Source: Telmatocola sphagniphila
GTDB taxonomy: Bacteria; Planctomycetota; Planctomycetia; Gemmatales; Gemmataceae
Direction: 5' to 3'
Length of the DNA: 32,000 bases
NCBI RefSeq assembly: GCF_018398935.1
Contig: NZ_CP074694.1
Span: 1,920,001-1,952,000, forward strand
Shown here one piece after another: positions 10,049 through 20,356 of the stretch (within the stretch, counting starts at the first letter, position 1; each line of letters starts with the position of its first letter). Position numbers and translations under genes: made by a program. Below the pieces are notes generated by a model that was not told the DNA's origin, searched no databases, and was given only the letters and a program-made list of their open reading frames with translations.

Positions 10049-10500
10049 TTATCTCGATCTTGGCTTAAAAGACTTAAAAATATTGTGTCTTCAATCGCGT
10101 CGTCTTGAAGACTCGATCAATCAAATCATTTAGAAACTCGCACACGTTGGTGCTGATTAATTCAGTTGAATGGCTCAGTTTATATTTTTCCGTTGATAAA
10201 ATGTGGTTGCAGCCATCGCTGGCTATTGATTTACAGCGAAATATCGATCTCGAAAAAAATGGTTTTTTATTCAATTTCAAGGGCGATGGTTCGGAAAAAA
10301 AAACGCCTTACGCGATTATAGCAGCAGTTCGCTTGAAGCTTCGAGAAAAATTTTCATTAGTAAACCTTAAAAGAACCTAGTATTATGCCCAAATTTATTA
10401 TATGTCGAATCAATAATAGGAATAATAATAAGAGCGGATGAGGTGCGATAATTATAGAGGAAGCTTAGTAGCAAGAAAACTTTACAAGAAAGTCAAAGCA

Positions 10501-12012
10501 TCATCGCCGCGACAATCGTTTTGGCCAGCGTTGCCGTTCTTTTAGCGGGATGAGAATTTTCCACGCTAAGCAGAGATATATCACGCCTCCGGTGCCGGCC
10601 ATCATGCCCCATGCAAAAAAATCCATTATTCTATTTCCCATGAATCCATTTGGGAAATACTGCGAAACCGACCAGAGTCCACATCCAATTGGCGTAAAAA
10701 GTGCCGTCGCTAAGAGAAGAGGACTCATGATACTAATCCGACTCAGACCAAATTCTTTTTGTAGCAATCTTGGGTACCACCAGTAGTACACCAGAAGATA
10801 ACCCGCGAAAGTGCCCAAAGAAGGGCCTACTAATCCAAGTATGTATGTTCCGACTATACTAAGTATAAGATTCAAAATCGAGCCGACAAACATCACGGGT
10901 AAAACCAACTTAACCATACCTCCACCCACCAGCGGCCATGCCCATAAGGCTACTTGTGCCACTAAGAGTGCCTGCCCGAATGTGGCCCAAGTTAACGCGT
11001 CCCCACCATAACGGGAAATCCCGACCCACAGTGAAATTAATCGTTCGTTAAGTACGGCTAAAGGGCCGAGGCCAGCTACCGCTAGGATAGCAGTCCATCG
11101 ATTCAATTGCAGGAAACGGTGTCGGAATATATCTGACTCCCCTCGATGGTGCAAATCGGCAAGTGCGGCCCAAGTCGCGTTGCCGATTCCCTGAACTTGC
11201 GAAACTACAACCAGCATTAATCGCTGAGTTACGTAAAAGCGAACAACCTCGCCTGGACCTTGAATCGCACCTAGGATAATCCCATCAGACATAATGCTGA
11301 ATCTGCCGACTAGGTTGAACATAAACATTGGCCAACCCGGCGGAAATTTATCCGGTTGAACATCGGACAGTGGTCGCCAGACATCTGGGAAAACTCGAGA
11401 GACCAATCGAAACAAAAAAAAAGTATAGGCGGCACTTCCAAGCAAGGCAGCGGTGAACTGTCCGGTTAACCCCCATCCCCACCAGGCAAATAGGATAGAT
11501 AAACCAACGGTGCCAAGGGACTGAACTAGCAAGGCGGCATTCACCCAATAACTTCGCTGAGCACCATCCAGTAGCGGTCGAAGTGCTGCAAGTGGCACCC
11601 AAACCGTTCCGATTGCGCTGACAAGCAACCCCATCCTTAGTTCAAAAAGGGCTTCTGTGGACAAACCAGATATCAACCATCGCGCAGTCAAGCCAAAAAA
11701 AAAGAGTGCAGCCAATTGTAACAATGCAACCCTGGCGAACAATCGCATAGCTCTGCGAACATCTGCAAGTGCTTTTGAAGTCTCATTATGGCCCAATCTC
11801 CGGGCCACGGTCGCCTGCAATACTCCTCCTAGGCCAAAATCCATGAGCGCCAGGTAGCCCAACCATTCTGTGGCAATTCGAAAAGTCCCCGCCCTCTCGT
11901 CGCCTAGAAAGCGAAGAAGCACCGGCGTTGACATTAACCCGATCAAAAGTGTGACTACGGAACTGCCAAGGCCACTGAAGAAGGCAAACGCGCTGCGTTT
12001 GGTCCGGCTCAT
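10501..12012 (-). CDS. Wzx-like oligosaccharide flippase (MOP/polysaccharide biosynthesis protein family)
   Basis: 503 aa and polytopic throughout. The N-terminus AFAFFSGLGSSVVTLLIGLMSTPVLLRFLGDERAGTF... is typical of Wzx/PST flippases. ATG overlaps the upstream stop (ATGA at 12009-12012). Confidence 0.72.
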   Translation of the reverse strand: MSRTKRSAFAFFSGLGSSVVTLLIGLMSTPVLLRFLGDERAGTFRIATEWLGYLALMDFGLGGVLQATVARRLGHNETSKALADVRRAMRLFARVALLQLAALFFFGLTARWLISGLSTEALFELRMGLLVSAIGTVWVPLAALRPLLDGAQRSYWVNAALLVQSLGTVGLSILFAWWGWGLTGQFTAALLGSAAYTFFLFRLVSRVFPDVWRPLSDVQPDKFPPGWPMFMFNLVGRFSIMSDGIILGAIQGPGEVVRFYVTQRLMLVVVSQVQGIGNATWAALADLHHRGESDIFRHRFLQLNRWTAILAVAGLGPLAVLNERLISLWVGISRYGGDALTWATFGQALLVAQVALWAWPLVGGGMVKLVLPVMFVGSILNLILSIVGTYILGLVGPSLGTFAGYLLVYYWWYPRLLQKEFGLSRISIMSPLLLATALFTPIGCGLWSVSQYFPNGFMGNRIMDFFAWGMMAGTGGVIYLCLAWKILIPLKERQRWPKRLSRR

Positions 12013-12659
12013 ATCTCTGAATTCAGGGTGGAGTTTGATGATAACCTGCTCTGATCAGTCCAGCTAATCTCGCGTCTTATTACGCGCGCTGGCACTCCAG
12101 CAAGGAGTGAACCTGGCTCGCACGAACGAGTGACTACCGACCCCGCGGCCACTACCGAACCTGATCCAATATTTACACCCTTTAATATAGTGACGTTGCA
12201 TCCAATCCATACGTTATCGCCTACAACAATCGGACTCGAGTAAGGAGGCGGACCGAAGCCGTGTCCATCATCGTCCAGGAATGTCACGCTCCATGATATT
12301 GCACAAGCTGAGCCAATTCGAATCTTATTAGTGGCTAATATTTTCGATCCGTCGGCCAGATAACTCCCCTTCCCTATTGAGATTTCGGCATTCTTTCCTA
12401 CTGATACAATTGCACCTCGACCAATACTAACACTATCTAAGTCGAGTTTTCCCTGCTCACCTATCGCTATGACAGTCACATTTGATACCGGAGTCACCTG
12501 GCCCAGTAATCGAACGCCAACTAACGAATTAACGCTGCGCAATTGTGAACGCTTCGAAATGTGCATCTGCGTTCGACCATAAATTTTAATACTCACAGCA
12601 TGAAATACTCTAAGTCTCGTCTCAAGCAGCCAATTCCTATCTATTATGCGACCAATCAT
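12009..12659 (-). CDS. Hexapeptide-repeat (left-handed beta-helix) O-acetyltransferase
   Basis: 216 aa. Tandem hexapeptide repeats VVGDNVWIGCNVTILKGVNIGSGSVVAAGSVVT, followed by LLAGVPARVIR. Confidence 0.85.
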   Translation of the reverse strand: MIGRIIDRNWLLETRLRVFHAVSIKIYGRTQMHISKRSQLRSVNSLVGVRLLGQVTPVSNVTVIAIGEQGKLDLDSVSIGRGAIVSVGKNAEISIGKGSYLADGSKILATNKIRIGSACAISWSVTFLDDDGHGFGPPPYSSPIVVGDNVWIGCNVTILKGVNIGSGSVVAAGSVVTRSCEPGSLLAGVPARVIRREISWTDQSRLSSNSTLNSEI

Positions 12660-12670
12660 TTAAATTATTT

Positions 12671-13333
12671 TTATAAAGTGCTTTTTTTAGCGAGTATCGC
12701 AATGTTCTCAGCATAATCCGCTCCTAATAAGCGAGCGGTAACGAAACGGCCAACACAAGAAGCCAACGAGCTGGAAAGTGAAAGCCGCTCCTTAGCTTGA
12801 AAAACAACCCTAAAACCTTCAACTTCAAATCCTAAAGCCACCAGAAAGGCCCACAAGTCTGGAAGATTATACAAGTGCAAATGTGTCATATCATTACCAA
12901 GCGGATTACGTATACATCTCCCGTTAGGTGTTTGCAACAAAAGCACCCCTCCCGGCCGGACGAGTTCCGTCAATCGAATAAGAAGACCTAAACCATTTTC
13001 CAAGTACAGGTGCTCAATAACATCCAGACAAATCACTGCTTCGTAGACACCAGTAACTTCTGAAAGATCTTTATACGTATATTCAAATTCCGTTCCGATG
13101 TCCTGAGTGTGATATTCGCCACTAAATCCAGCAGCTTGGAACTTGCGCATAACTCGAAGATCCCCAGCACCCACGTCTAGAATGTTCGCGGCGGATTTTA
13201 CGGTACGGAAATACTCCGATTCGATGTCGCTCAGACTATCGGTCGGCCACCATTTACGCCGAGGGAAAGCTGGAACGGAAGTCGAGAGGAGTTTTTTGCG
13301 CTTCCAGTAATTGATGTAAGCTGGATGTTCCAT
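12671..13333 (-). CDS. Class I SAM-dependent methyltransferase
   Basis: 220 aa. Motif I ILDVGAGDL, then CLDVIEHL and RPGGVLLLQTPN. The start codon directly abuts the upstream stop (13334). Confidence 0.8.
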   Translation of the reverse strand: MEHPAYINYWKRKKLLSTSVPAFPRRKWWPTDSLSDIESEYFRTVKSAANILDVGAGDLRVMRKFQAAGFSGEYHTQDIGTEFEYTYKDLSEVTGVYEAVICLDVIEHLYLENGLGLLIRLTELVRPGGVLLLQTPNGRCIRNPLGNDMTHLHLYNLPDLWAFLVALGFEVEGFRVVFQAKERLSLSSSLASCVGRFVTARLLGADYAENIAILAKKSTL

Positions 13334-14482
13334 TTAATCGGTATGCCTTTTACAATTTTGGTACACGGAGGCGGTTTCCTTCGCGGTGCGATCCCACGAA
13401 AAATTCTGGGATCGCAATCGAGCTCGTTCGACTAGAACCTTTCGAAAGATCGAATCGGTTGCTACCTTCCTCAGGAGATCGGCTAGTTCAGTTCTCTCAT
13501 TTAACGAAAACAACTCCCCTCCTTCACCGGCTATCTCAGGTAAACTGGTCGAATTGGCCACGAACACTGGACATCCAGCAGCCATGGCTTCGCACACTTG
13601 CAATCCAAATCCTTCGTACTTGCTGGGATAAACGAAAGCCAAGGCCCCTGCATAGAGAGACGGCAAGTCTGCTTCTGGTACGAAACCGAGAAACTTCACT
13701 CGGTCCGCGATTCCAAGAGTTTTCGACAATTCAAACAATCTAGTCTGTTGAGCCGGCTTCCCCCCACCCAACACCAGGACCTCGTCTGCTAAGGATGCGG
13801 CAGCAAAACAGTGTAAAAAAAATGGAAGATTTTTCCGCTCTTCCCAGCCGCCGAGGTAGAAAAAGTAAGGTTTGGCTAGCTTGTAATTACAGCGAGATCT
13901 TTCGATCTCTGCCGGCATGATGACGCGATGAAATTGCGGATCGGCGGCTTCATACACAACTGTCAATTTTTTGTTGGGTACGCGCAAGTGTTTGATAATA
14001 TCCCGCTTGGCATGTTCGCTGATGGTTATAATTCGATCCGCTCGGACACGAGCGACCCAGTTTGTGAAACTGGTCCTCAAAGAAGACGGTTTGAGTCGGT
14101 TAAAATTAGACATTCGACGTATGTAGTAAACAATGTCAATGACATCGTGGAGTGTCAAGACTCTCGGGCAATTAGTGAACATGGGCATTCCGTAATTCAT
14201 GGGACAATGAAAGACATCTATCGAATCCGCTTTGAGCTGTCGAGGTAACCAAACATTTTCCCAGGTCAGATACCGCATAGGGGGTGAAATGCGAACTTCG
14301 TAAGAATCCAATGGAAGCCGTGCTAAGTGGTCCGCATGAAGTGTAGCTGTTGAATAAAGTACCGGTCGAACACCATGTGCGGGTAGTGCCGCCAGGAGGT
14401 TGAGGATATAGCGTACCCACCCTCGAAGGTCGGGCGAACTCAACAGATAGGCGTTGAACCCGACACGAAGATTTTTGGTCAT
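13334..14482 (-). CDS. Glycosyltransferase, GT4 family
   Basis: 382 aa. Contains PSKYEGFGLQVCEAMAAGCPVFVANSTSLPEIAGEGG. Confidence 0.88.
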   Translation of the reverse strand: MTKNLRVGFNAYLLSSPDLRGWVRYILNLLAALPAHGVRPVLYSTATLHADHLARLPLDSYEVRISPPMRYLTWENVWLPRQLKADSIDVFHCPMNYGMPMFTNCPRVLTLHDVIDIVYYIRRMSNFNRLKPSSLRTSFTNWVARVRADRIITISEHAKRDIIKHLRVPNKKLTVVYEAADPQFHRVIMPAEIERSRCNYKLAKPYFFYLGGWEERKNLPFFLHCFAAASLADEVLVLGGGKPAQQTRLFELSKTLGIADRVKFLGFVPEADLPSLYAGALAFVYPSKYEGFGLQVCEAMAAGCPVFVANSTSLPEIAGEGGELFSLNERTELADLLRKVATDSIFRKVLVERARLRSQNFSWDRTAKETASVYQNCKRHTD

Positions 14483-14516
14483 AAAGGAAGTGCTGCTAGA
14501 AAAAAATCAAAGACTG

Positions 14517-15665
14517 TCATTCTCTCGCGTCAGTGAGTATTCCAGTCTTTACTTTGAGAAATTCCTCTCCAATCGCTCGCCTTTCAGTCGGGAAGAATCG
14601 CTTCAATTTAAGGAACCACATCTCATACGAGTACCAGCTTGCGATAGCGATCCCAAAAGTTACCACCCATACAACTATTGCAAAACCTATTGCATTTAGG
14701 GTCGGCATTGCCCACTTTCCATTTTGATCAAAGACTACACCAAACTTTGGCAACAGTAAAACTATCACGGTCGCGTGGAAAATATACATTGCGTAACTAA
14801 ATTTGCCTGGCAAAGATAGCCAACTGGAACCAAGGATTCTATGCAACTTTGTAGGTGGTGTGGTAACAAGCCAACCAATCATACTTGCAAATCCGATAGA
14901 AAGTGCAGTCATGCCAATGGTGAGAATTGGTATCAAATTCAGACCAAATGCAAAATGTCGCTGCGCAACAGCCATTCCAAAAACAAATAACCCAGCTCCA
15001 GTTGCGGTAGGTGCGGCCCATCGTATTAACAAGGGCCGCCATTCGTTTACTCTCATAGAGACGGCCACTAAACCGCCCACTGCAAAACCATCCAAACAAG
15101 CTGGGGACCACCCATAACTCCAAGCTACTGGGAGTGCTGCAGCTCTAGTGGCTCCTCGCCACAAGAGAGAAAATATCGCAAGTCCCAGAAAAATTCTACC
15201 AAGTCCTTTCTTCGAGAATACTAAGATTAGGAGTGGCCAAACGAGGTAGACTTGCTCCTCGACGGCCAGCGACCAAAGTGGATCCAGCGGTTCGCAGGGC
15301 GAAGTAGGCCCGAACAACGCTTCGCGCATATTCGTCAGGTAAAGCCAGAAAGAAATCCTTTCTCCAGTATTGGCAATTTGAGGCAAGTCGGCACCGGCAG
15401 CAGGGAGAATGAAGAAGTATGCGAACAGGAATATATAGTATAAGGGGAAGATTCGAAGTGATCGCCGGGCGTAAAAATTTGCGAAGTAACCAGATCGCCC
15501 TTTTGTATCCAATAAGATCCCTGTGATTAGAAATCCGGAGAGGACAAAAAACAAAGTTACCCCTACCCAACCTGCTCCAGCGATCGGACCTATTAAGCCC
15601 GATCCTGCGCCTTTGGGCTTGCATGCATGAACCACAATTACAGCAGTGACGGCCAAACCCCGCAT
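14517..15665 (-). CDS. Acyltransferase family 3; the true start is probably upstream of the first canonical start codon (candidate CTG at 15707)
   Basis: 382-aa polytopic ORF beginning MRGLAVTAVIVVHA. The same frame stays open upstream and encodes ...AHFLPLDG before that Met, which completes the family motif. See the finding at 15666-15731. Confidence 0.8.
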   Translation of the reverse strand: MRGLAVTAVIVVHACKPKGAGSGLIGPIAGAGWVGVTLFFVLSGFLITGILLDTKGRSGYFANFYARRSLRIFPLYYIFLFAYFFILPAAGADLPQIANTGERISFWLYLTNMREALFGPTSPCEPLDPLWSLAVEEQVYLVWPLLILVFSKKGLGRIFLGLAIFSLLWRGATRAAALPVAWSYGWSPACLDGFAVGGLVAVSMRVNEWRPLLIRWAAPTATGAGLFVFGMAVAQRHFAFGLNLIPILTIGMTALSIGFASMIGWLVTTPPTKLHRILGSSWLSLPGKFSYAMYIFHATVIVLLLPKFGVVFDQNGKWAMPTLNAIGFAIVVWVVTFGIAIASWYSYEMWFLKLKRFFPTERRAIGEEFLKVKTGILTDARE

Positions 15666-15724
15666 TCCATCGAGCGGAAGAAAGTGGGCGTTACTGGCAC
15701 TCTGCAGATGTCTCTCCGAATTTG

Positions 15725-16909
15725 TTAAGATTTTACACCAGGAAGTTTTAAAATGTTTGAGTACACTCGCTCGACCGCATCGACCGTAGGGCCGGGCCCG
15801 CAGTGGGATACTAGTAAGTCCCGTGCTGCCGCACGCTGTCGATTCTGGGCTTCTCTATCATTCAGCAGATTTACTGCTCGATCTATCAGCCCTTCGTCGT
15901 CTTGACACACTCCAGCGTGAAGCCCATCAACTACTGGCAATCCTTCTACCCCTTCCGAGTTGGTTACCACCGGCACCCCGTAGGCGAATGATTCCAATAT
16001 TTTGACCTTCATTCCACTCCCGAGCGGTGGTGCATACAGAAGTAGACTCGCTTGTTCAAAGTAAGGCCGTGTGTCGAGCACATTCTCTGCGACTATCAGG
16101 TCAGGCAAGTTAATGTAATCTTTTAATGCAGTTCGAGCTCCCCATCCGACGATCTGTAATCTTGCGGTAGGTGTCCGCCTCTTAATCTCTGGCCAAAGTC
16201 GACGTACTAATCGAACTGTTGCCGAATACGTCGGCTGCCATTTCATATTGCCAATAACGCTGACTACAGGTTCTTTAGCACGTCGAGTGTCTTCAATATA
16301 AGGGTATAGTGAGTAATCTATACCAAGCGGAACGACGTAAATGTTCGCATTCTGATGCAAGCCATGTAAGGCGTCTCGCAAACGATCGGAGAGTGTGATC
16401 AGATTGGGATAGGAGCCCGTCAATCGCTTTTCCGCAGCCAGGAGAAGTTTACGGCGTAACCAATCTCCCGAACCTTGGATTGGTGCATCTTTGAGGTCAA
16501 TACGGTATAAGTTAAGCGCGTTAAGAACAGTTCGCGGTCTAGACAGGCCTAGCCAACCACTCCAAATCTGTTCTAGATGAAAAATGTCATAACCTTCGAC
16601 TAGTGTCTTTTCCAGATCCTTCCGAAGATCGCGCGAAAACATGTAAGAGTAGGGTTTCAAGACTGTACCAAACTTACTGGCAAGTCCACGGTAAGTCCGC
16701 GGAGGATAAAGTCTGAGATCCCAGTCAGGGCTGGGAAACAGCTTTCTTGCCATCTCAATTTCTTCCACCTTGGTGCAAGCAGCGAAGGCAGTTACTCGAT
16801 GTCCACGAGCTACAAGCTCACGAAGCAAAACATAGAACCAACGTGAAGCAGCATTACCGAAAGGTATTGGGGCTTCGATCATTAAGAGCACTATTCGAAG
16901 CGAACTCAA
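15725..16909 (-). CDS. Glycosyltransferase, GT4-like
   Basis: 394 aa. N-terminal LRIVLLMIEAPIPFGNAA (beta1/Gly-rich loop) and C-terminal GSGMKVKILESFAYGVPVVTNSEGVEGL. The TTG start overlaps the upstream stop (TTGA). Confidence 0.8.
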   Translation of the reverse strand: MSSLRIVLLMIEAPIPFGNAASRWFYVLLRELVARGHRVTAFAACTKVEEIEMARKLFPSPDWDLRLYPPRTYRGLASKFGTVLKPYSYMFSRDLRKDLEKTLVEGYDIFHLEQIWSGWLGLSRPRTVLNALNLYRIDLKDAPIQGSGDWLRRKLLLAAEKRLTGSYPNLITLSDRLRDALHGLHQNANIYVVPLGIDYSLYPYIEDTRRAKEPVVSVIGNMKWQPTYSATVRLVRRLWPEIKRRTPTARLQIVGWGARTALKDYINLPDLIVAENVLDTRPYFEQASLLLYAPPLGSGMKVKILESFAYGVPVVTNSEGVEGLPVVDGLHAGVCQDDEGLIDRAVNLLNDREAQNRQRAAARDLLVSHCGPGPTVDAVERVYSNILKLPGVKS

Positions 16910-18042
16910 CTTAGAGGCTCTCCAATCGCTTCCATGAAATTGGTCCCCATTTCACTCCAACTCCTGGATCGCAATTTTACCCCGAGAGAGTGAAACATGC
17001 TAAGCGATGCGGCAGATGCATTTCGCCATAGCTGCAGTTTGGCAACTAAGTCTGCTGAGCTGTTAGGATCGACAAGAAGCCATTCCCTGAGTTCCTCAGG
17101 AAAATGCTCAGAAACACCTGCATCCGCCGATACAATTGCAGGCAGGCCACAACAAATCGCCTCGTGAATTCCAAGACCGTAAGCTTCGTATCGAGTAGGT
17201 GCTACTAGCAAGTCTGCGGCACTAAGGAGATTCGGCACGTCGGAACGAAATCCTAAGAAACGAATCCGGTCTGTCATACCCTCGTCTCGGCATTTTTGCT
17301 CCCAGAAAGGTAGTTCGGCGCCGCGACCGATGACTACGAGAATCGCGTCCCATTCGGTAGATTTGCAAAGGTCTTTCCAAGCATTGAAAAGAGTGTCGAA
17401 CCCTTTGCGCCGGTCACTTAACGCACCAATGAAACAAACTACCGGGCGGGACTCAGGCCAATTGAATTGGGAGCGTAATTCGCTGCGTTTTTGGCTAGAA
17501 ATAGGGCTGAAGCGAGAGGGATCGGTGCCATAATAAACTACTTTTGCACGATCAGGAGGAACTCCGATACGAATTACGTCTTCTCGAGTGCGATTTGAAT
17601 TGCATACCACTACCCGGGCAGACAATAGTGCAGAGCGTTCCGCGCGAAGATTGATAGGTCGTTCAACGGAAGTTTTTAACTTGCGAAGCAAACCTAGCGA
17701 GGAATCCGGCTTGTAAGCAGAGTGAACGTAATGCACCCAATTAATATCGGAACTGCGGCAGTTTCCGCCATTGCTTACAAACCTGCACCCAATGGCACCT
17801 TGTGCTATTCGCTTCCCTTTCGATGCTAGTTTCCAGCTGCCAAGAAAGTAGGAGCCCAATGGCTTGGGTACCCGATGAAACCGAATAGTGGGTCGACTCG
17901 TGAGTCCAGACTCTGCGCGATGTGCCACCAGACATGTAGTCCGACCATGGTTAGAAAGATAATCCGCCAACGCGTAGTTGGCTCGATCCATTCCGCCAGT
18001 AGTTACGAAATCGCCGGCAACGATCACAAAAGGTTTCATCAA
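16906..18042 (-). CDS. Glycosyltransferase, GT4 family
   Basis: 378 aa. Contains PTRYEAYGLGIHEAICCGLPAIVSADAGVSEHF. ATG at 18039 (MKPFVIVAG...) is one codon inside the TTG at 18042. Confidence 0.85.
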   Translation of the reverse strand: MMKPFVIVAGDFVTTGGMDRANYALADYLSNHGRTTCLVAHRAESGLTSRPTIRFHRVPKPLGSYFLGSWKLASKGKRIAQGAIGCRFVSNGGNCRSSDINWVHYVHSAYKPDSSLGLLRKLKTSVERPINLRAERSALLSARVVVCNSNRTREDVIRIGVPPDRAKVVYYGTDPSRFSPISSQKRSELRSQFNWPESRPVVCFIGALSDRRKGFDTLFNAWKDLCKSTEWDAILVVIGRGAELPFWEQKCRDEGMTDRIRFLGFRSDVPNLLSAADLLVAPTRYEAYGLGIHEAICCGLPAIVSADAGVSEHFPEELREWLLVDPNSSADLVAKLQLWRNASAASLSMFHSLGVKLRSRSWSEMGTNFMEAIGEPLS

Positions 18043-18172
18043 GAGATTCTGCTATGCTCCGCTAGGGAATCTATAGGGAAATATTTAAGAGCTATACAAT
18101 CCAATCAATTGATCTCTATTATAATAAATATCAATCTCAGATGAATCAATTTAACTGAATCTCACGTTTAGT

Positions 18173-19510
18173 TCATCTTTCAGGAGGAGCATTTGTTTTC
18201 AGGCGAGGCTTTAGCTCTTCAGATCTGTTCACCACAAGTAGTACCGACAGGAGCATCAAATAGATCATACCTTGCTGGGTAACGAAAACATGCGAAGAGA
18301 TTGTAGCTGCAAAACAGCCCAAACTCACGGCAGCAACAATTGAGGCAAAATTTGAAAGTGAATCAGATGATGTTAAAATTGCGATCCGCACTGCACTTAC
18401 AAAACCTATTAACATGGCTCCATAACCAACAATCAACAATGGCAATCCACCATCGTAGACCCACCCAGAAACAGTAATTTCAGCCCAAAGCATAGGATTA
18501 ACCCAATTTGTTTTATCCCCAAAATAATAAGCCATCATACCCCATCTGCCCGGTCCTGCTCCAAGCGGATATTCGAATAAATCATCAAACAACGCCTTCT
18601 CAAGGAAAACTCCTCTGTTGGTGTAATAAGTCTCCGCAACAGAAGATTCTGTCAAGGTATCTAATCTTTTATTCACAGCATTGCTTCCAACTGAAGTGGC
18701 CCATGCAAAGCTAATAACAATAGCAATAAGTGCAGCTGTATATATGGCAAGTGCGCGAACTAATCGCCCCCTAAAAACCAATAATAATGACATCGCAAAA
18801 ATTGAGAGTCCCGTAAGAATGAGCAACGATCTTACTTGACATATATAGAGGCTGAACAGACTAAGTATTATAGTCAGAGCAATCATCAAGCGTAAAAGCA
18901 AGCTACGATAAACCAATCCCGTGCCAACACCCATAATTATCGCGGTATTAGCAGCCAAGGCGGCTCCGCCGGGAGAATCAGACAATCCCGTCGGCCGGAT
19001 CAATTGAGTACCATCATCCAGGGTAATCTTCAAGCCGTCAAAACTAGTGTCGGTAATCTGTTTACTAAACGACAAATCTATTGCAAATCTTTCAGGATAG
19101 TAAACTTGAAGTACTCCAAAAAACGCGCTTAGACTATTAAACAACCAAAGAATCAAGCATATTTTTTGCACATCTTTTATCGAGATTCTTATTCTATCAA
19201 CCCAGAAAATGGGCGACCAAACCGATAGCGTCAAACCGATCTGCGCGACAGCAGAAAAATAACTATTAATATATGGATTAAATATTCCAAACGCCGTAAT
19301 AGCCACAACGGCAAATGAAAATTTTTTTAATTGGCTGTCCAGTGCTCCAAATCCTAATATTATTAAATAAAAGATGCCTAAAGCGAAAGGTGTTACTCTT
19401 AATGCTAGTCTCACTGGCGAAAGAAGCTCTATAGCAAGCATCGAAACGCTTAGGCACTGAATTATAATAAAGGTGAAAATCCAAAATGGTGATGCAGTCC
19501 GTCTTCTCAA
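18173..19510 (-). CDS. Wzy / O-antigen-ligase-like polytopic membrane protein (putative glycan polymerase)
   Basis: 445 aa with roughly 10 or more hydrophobic segments and a larger loop (DGLKITLDDGTQLIRPTGLSDSPGGAALAAN). The call rests on context next to the flippase and glycosyltransferases. The start is uncertain (TTG 19510 or ATG 19441). Confidence 0.55.
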   Translation of the reverse strand: MRRRTASPFWIFTFIIIQCLSVSMLAIELLSPVRLALRVTPFALGIFYLIILGFGALDSQLKKFSFAVVAITAFGIFNPYINSYFSAVAQIGLTLSVWSPIFWVDRIRISIKDVQKICLILWLFNSLSAFFGVLQVYYPERFAIDLSFSKQITDTSFDGLKITLDDGTQLIRPTGLSDSPGGAALAANTAIIMGVGTGLVYRSLLLRLMIALTIILSLFSLYICQVRSLLILTGLSIFAMSLLLVFRGRLVRALAIYTAALIAIVISFAWATSVGSNAVNKRLDTLTESSVAETYYTNRGVFLEKALFDDLFEYPLGAGPGRWGMMAYYFGDKTNWVNPMLWAEITVSGWVYDGGLPLLIVGYGAMLIGFVSAVRIAILTSSDSLSNFASIVAAVSLGCFAATISSHVFVTQQGMIYLMLLSVLLVVNRSEELKPRLKTNAPPER

Positions 19511-19690
19511 AGCAACGAATCCCCTATATTGGAATGCAATTAAATATACATAATCTATATGATTTCATGGTTGAAGCTCGATCTAATTGCATTTCACTCT
19601 GGTAGTAAAGTGCCCGTCTTGGCAATCGGTCTCAATTATGAAAAAACTAATGGCAGTTGAGACCAAACCCGCAAGATAGACTCCACTTTT

Positions 19691-20356
19691 TTATTTCCTG
19701 CCAACAATCAGAATATTATCTGAGAAACGTTTCGGCAAAACTCTAGCGAGTAAAAAAGGATATTGCCTCGAGAAGCCAGGAATTCTACCGTTCAGACTAA
19801 AGAGAGTACTTACTTCTCGCCAATGATTTTCTCTCGCCATTCGAATCAAATCTACTTCTAATAGCGCTGATATATGAGAGGGATATAACCCAGGCCCCTC
19901 TTGAAATGCATTGAACTGGCCTTTTAGAAATAGAGTCATAAAACTCAACAAACTCAATTGATTCGGCGTAGTAATAAAAATCCATCCTCCAGGTCTAGTG
20001 AGACGAGTCAACTCTCTTACGAAAAACCGGGGATTTTCGAGATGCTCAATCGTCTCAATCGCAACCACCAAATCCGCGTAATTCTCCGGAAGCGGAATGC
20101 GACCAGAATCCAGATCTACTTTACAAAAATCATAGTTATCTGGAAAATCTTGATATCGAACTACATCAGCTCCAATGTAAGTTTTGCATAGATCACTCAC
20201 ATACGGTATGAGTTGGCCAACACCACAACCGACATCCAGAATGCAAGCTGGTTGAATCTCACGACTTGAAATCGCACGAAGCACCATCTTATAGATAGCT
20301 TCACTGCTTGTGCCAAGGCTTGATTTAGCTCTTTTCTCAACTAGAACGTCACTCAT
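19691..20356 (-). CDS. Class I SAM-dependent methyltransferase
   Basis: 221 aa. Contains ILDVGCGVGQL, AIETIEHLENP and RPGGWIFITTPN. ATG overlaps the upstream stop (ATGA). Confidence 0.82.
   Translation of the reverse strand: MSDVLVEKRAKSSLGTSSEAIYKMVLRAISSREIQPACILDVGCGVGQLIPYVSDLCKTYIGADVVRYQDFPDNYDFCKVDLDSGRIPLPENYADLVVAIETIEHLENPRFFVRELTRLTRPGGWIFITTPNQLSLLSFMTLFLKGQFNAFQEGPGLYPSHISALLEVDLIRMARENHWREVSTLFSLNGRIPGFSRQYPFLLARVLPKRFSDNILIVGRK

Noticed and set aside
10074-10380. 68-aa (minus) and 91-aa (plus) ORFs inside the 452-bp intergenic gap
   Set aside because: They overlap each other on opposite strands in very AT-rich sequence, have low-complexity composition, and lack ribosome-binding sites and motifs.
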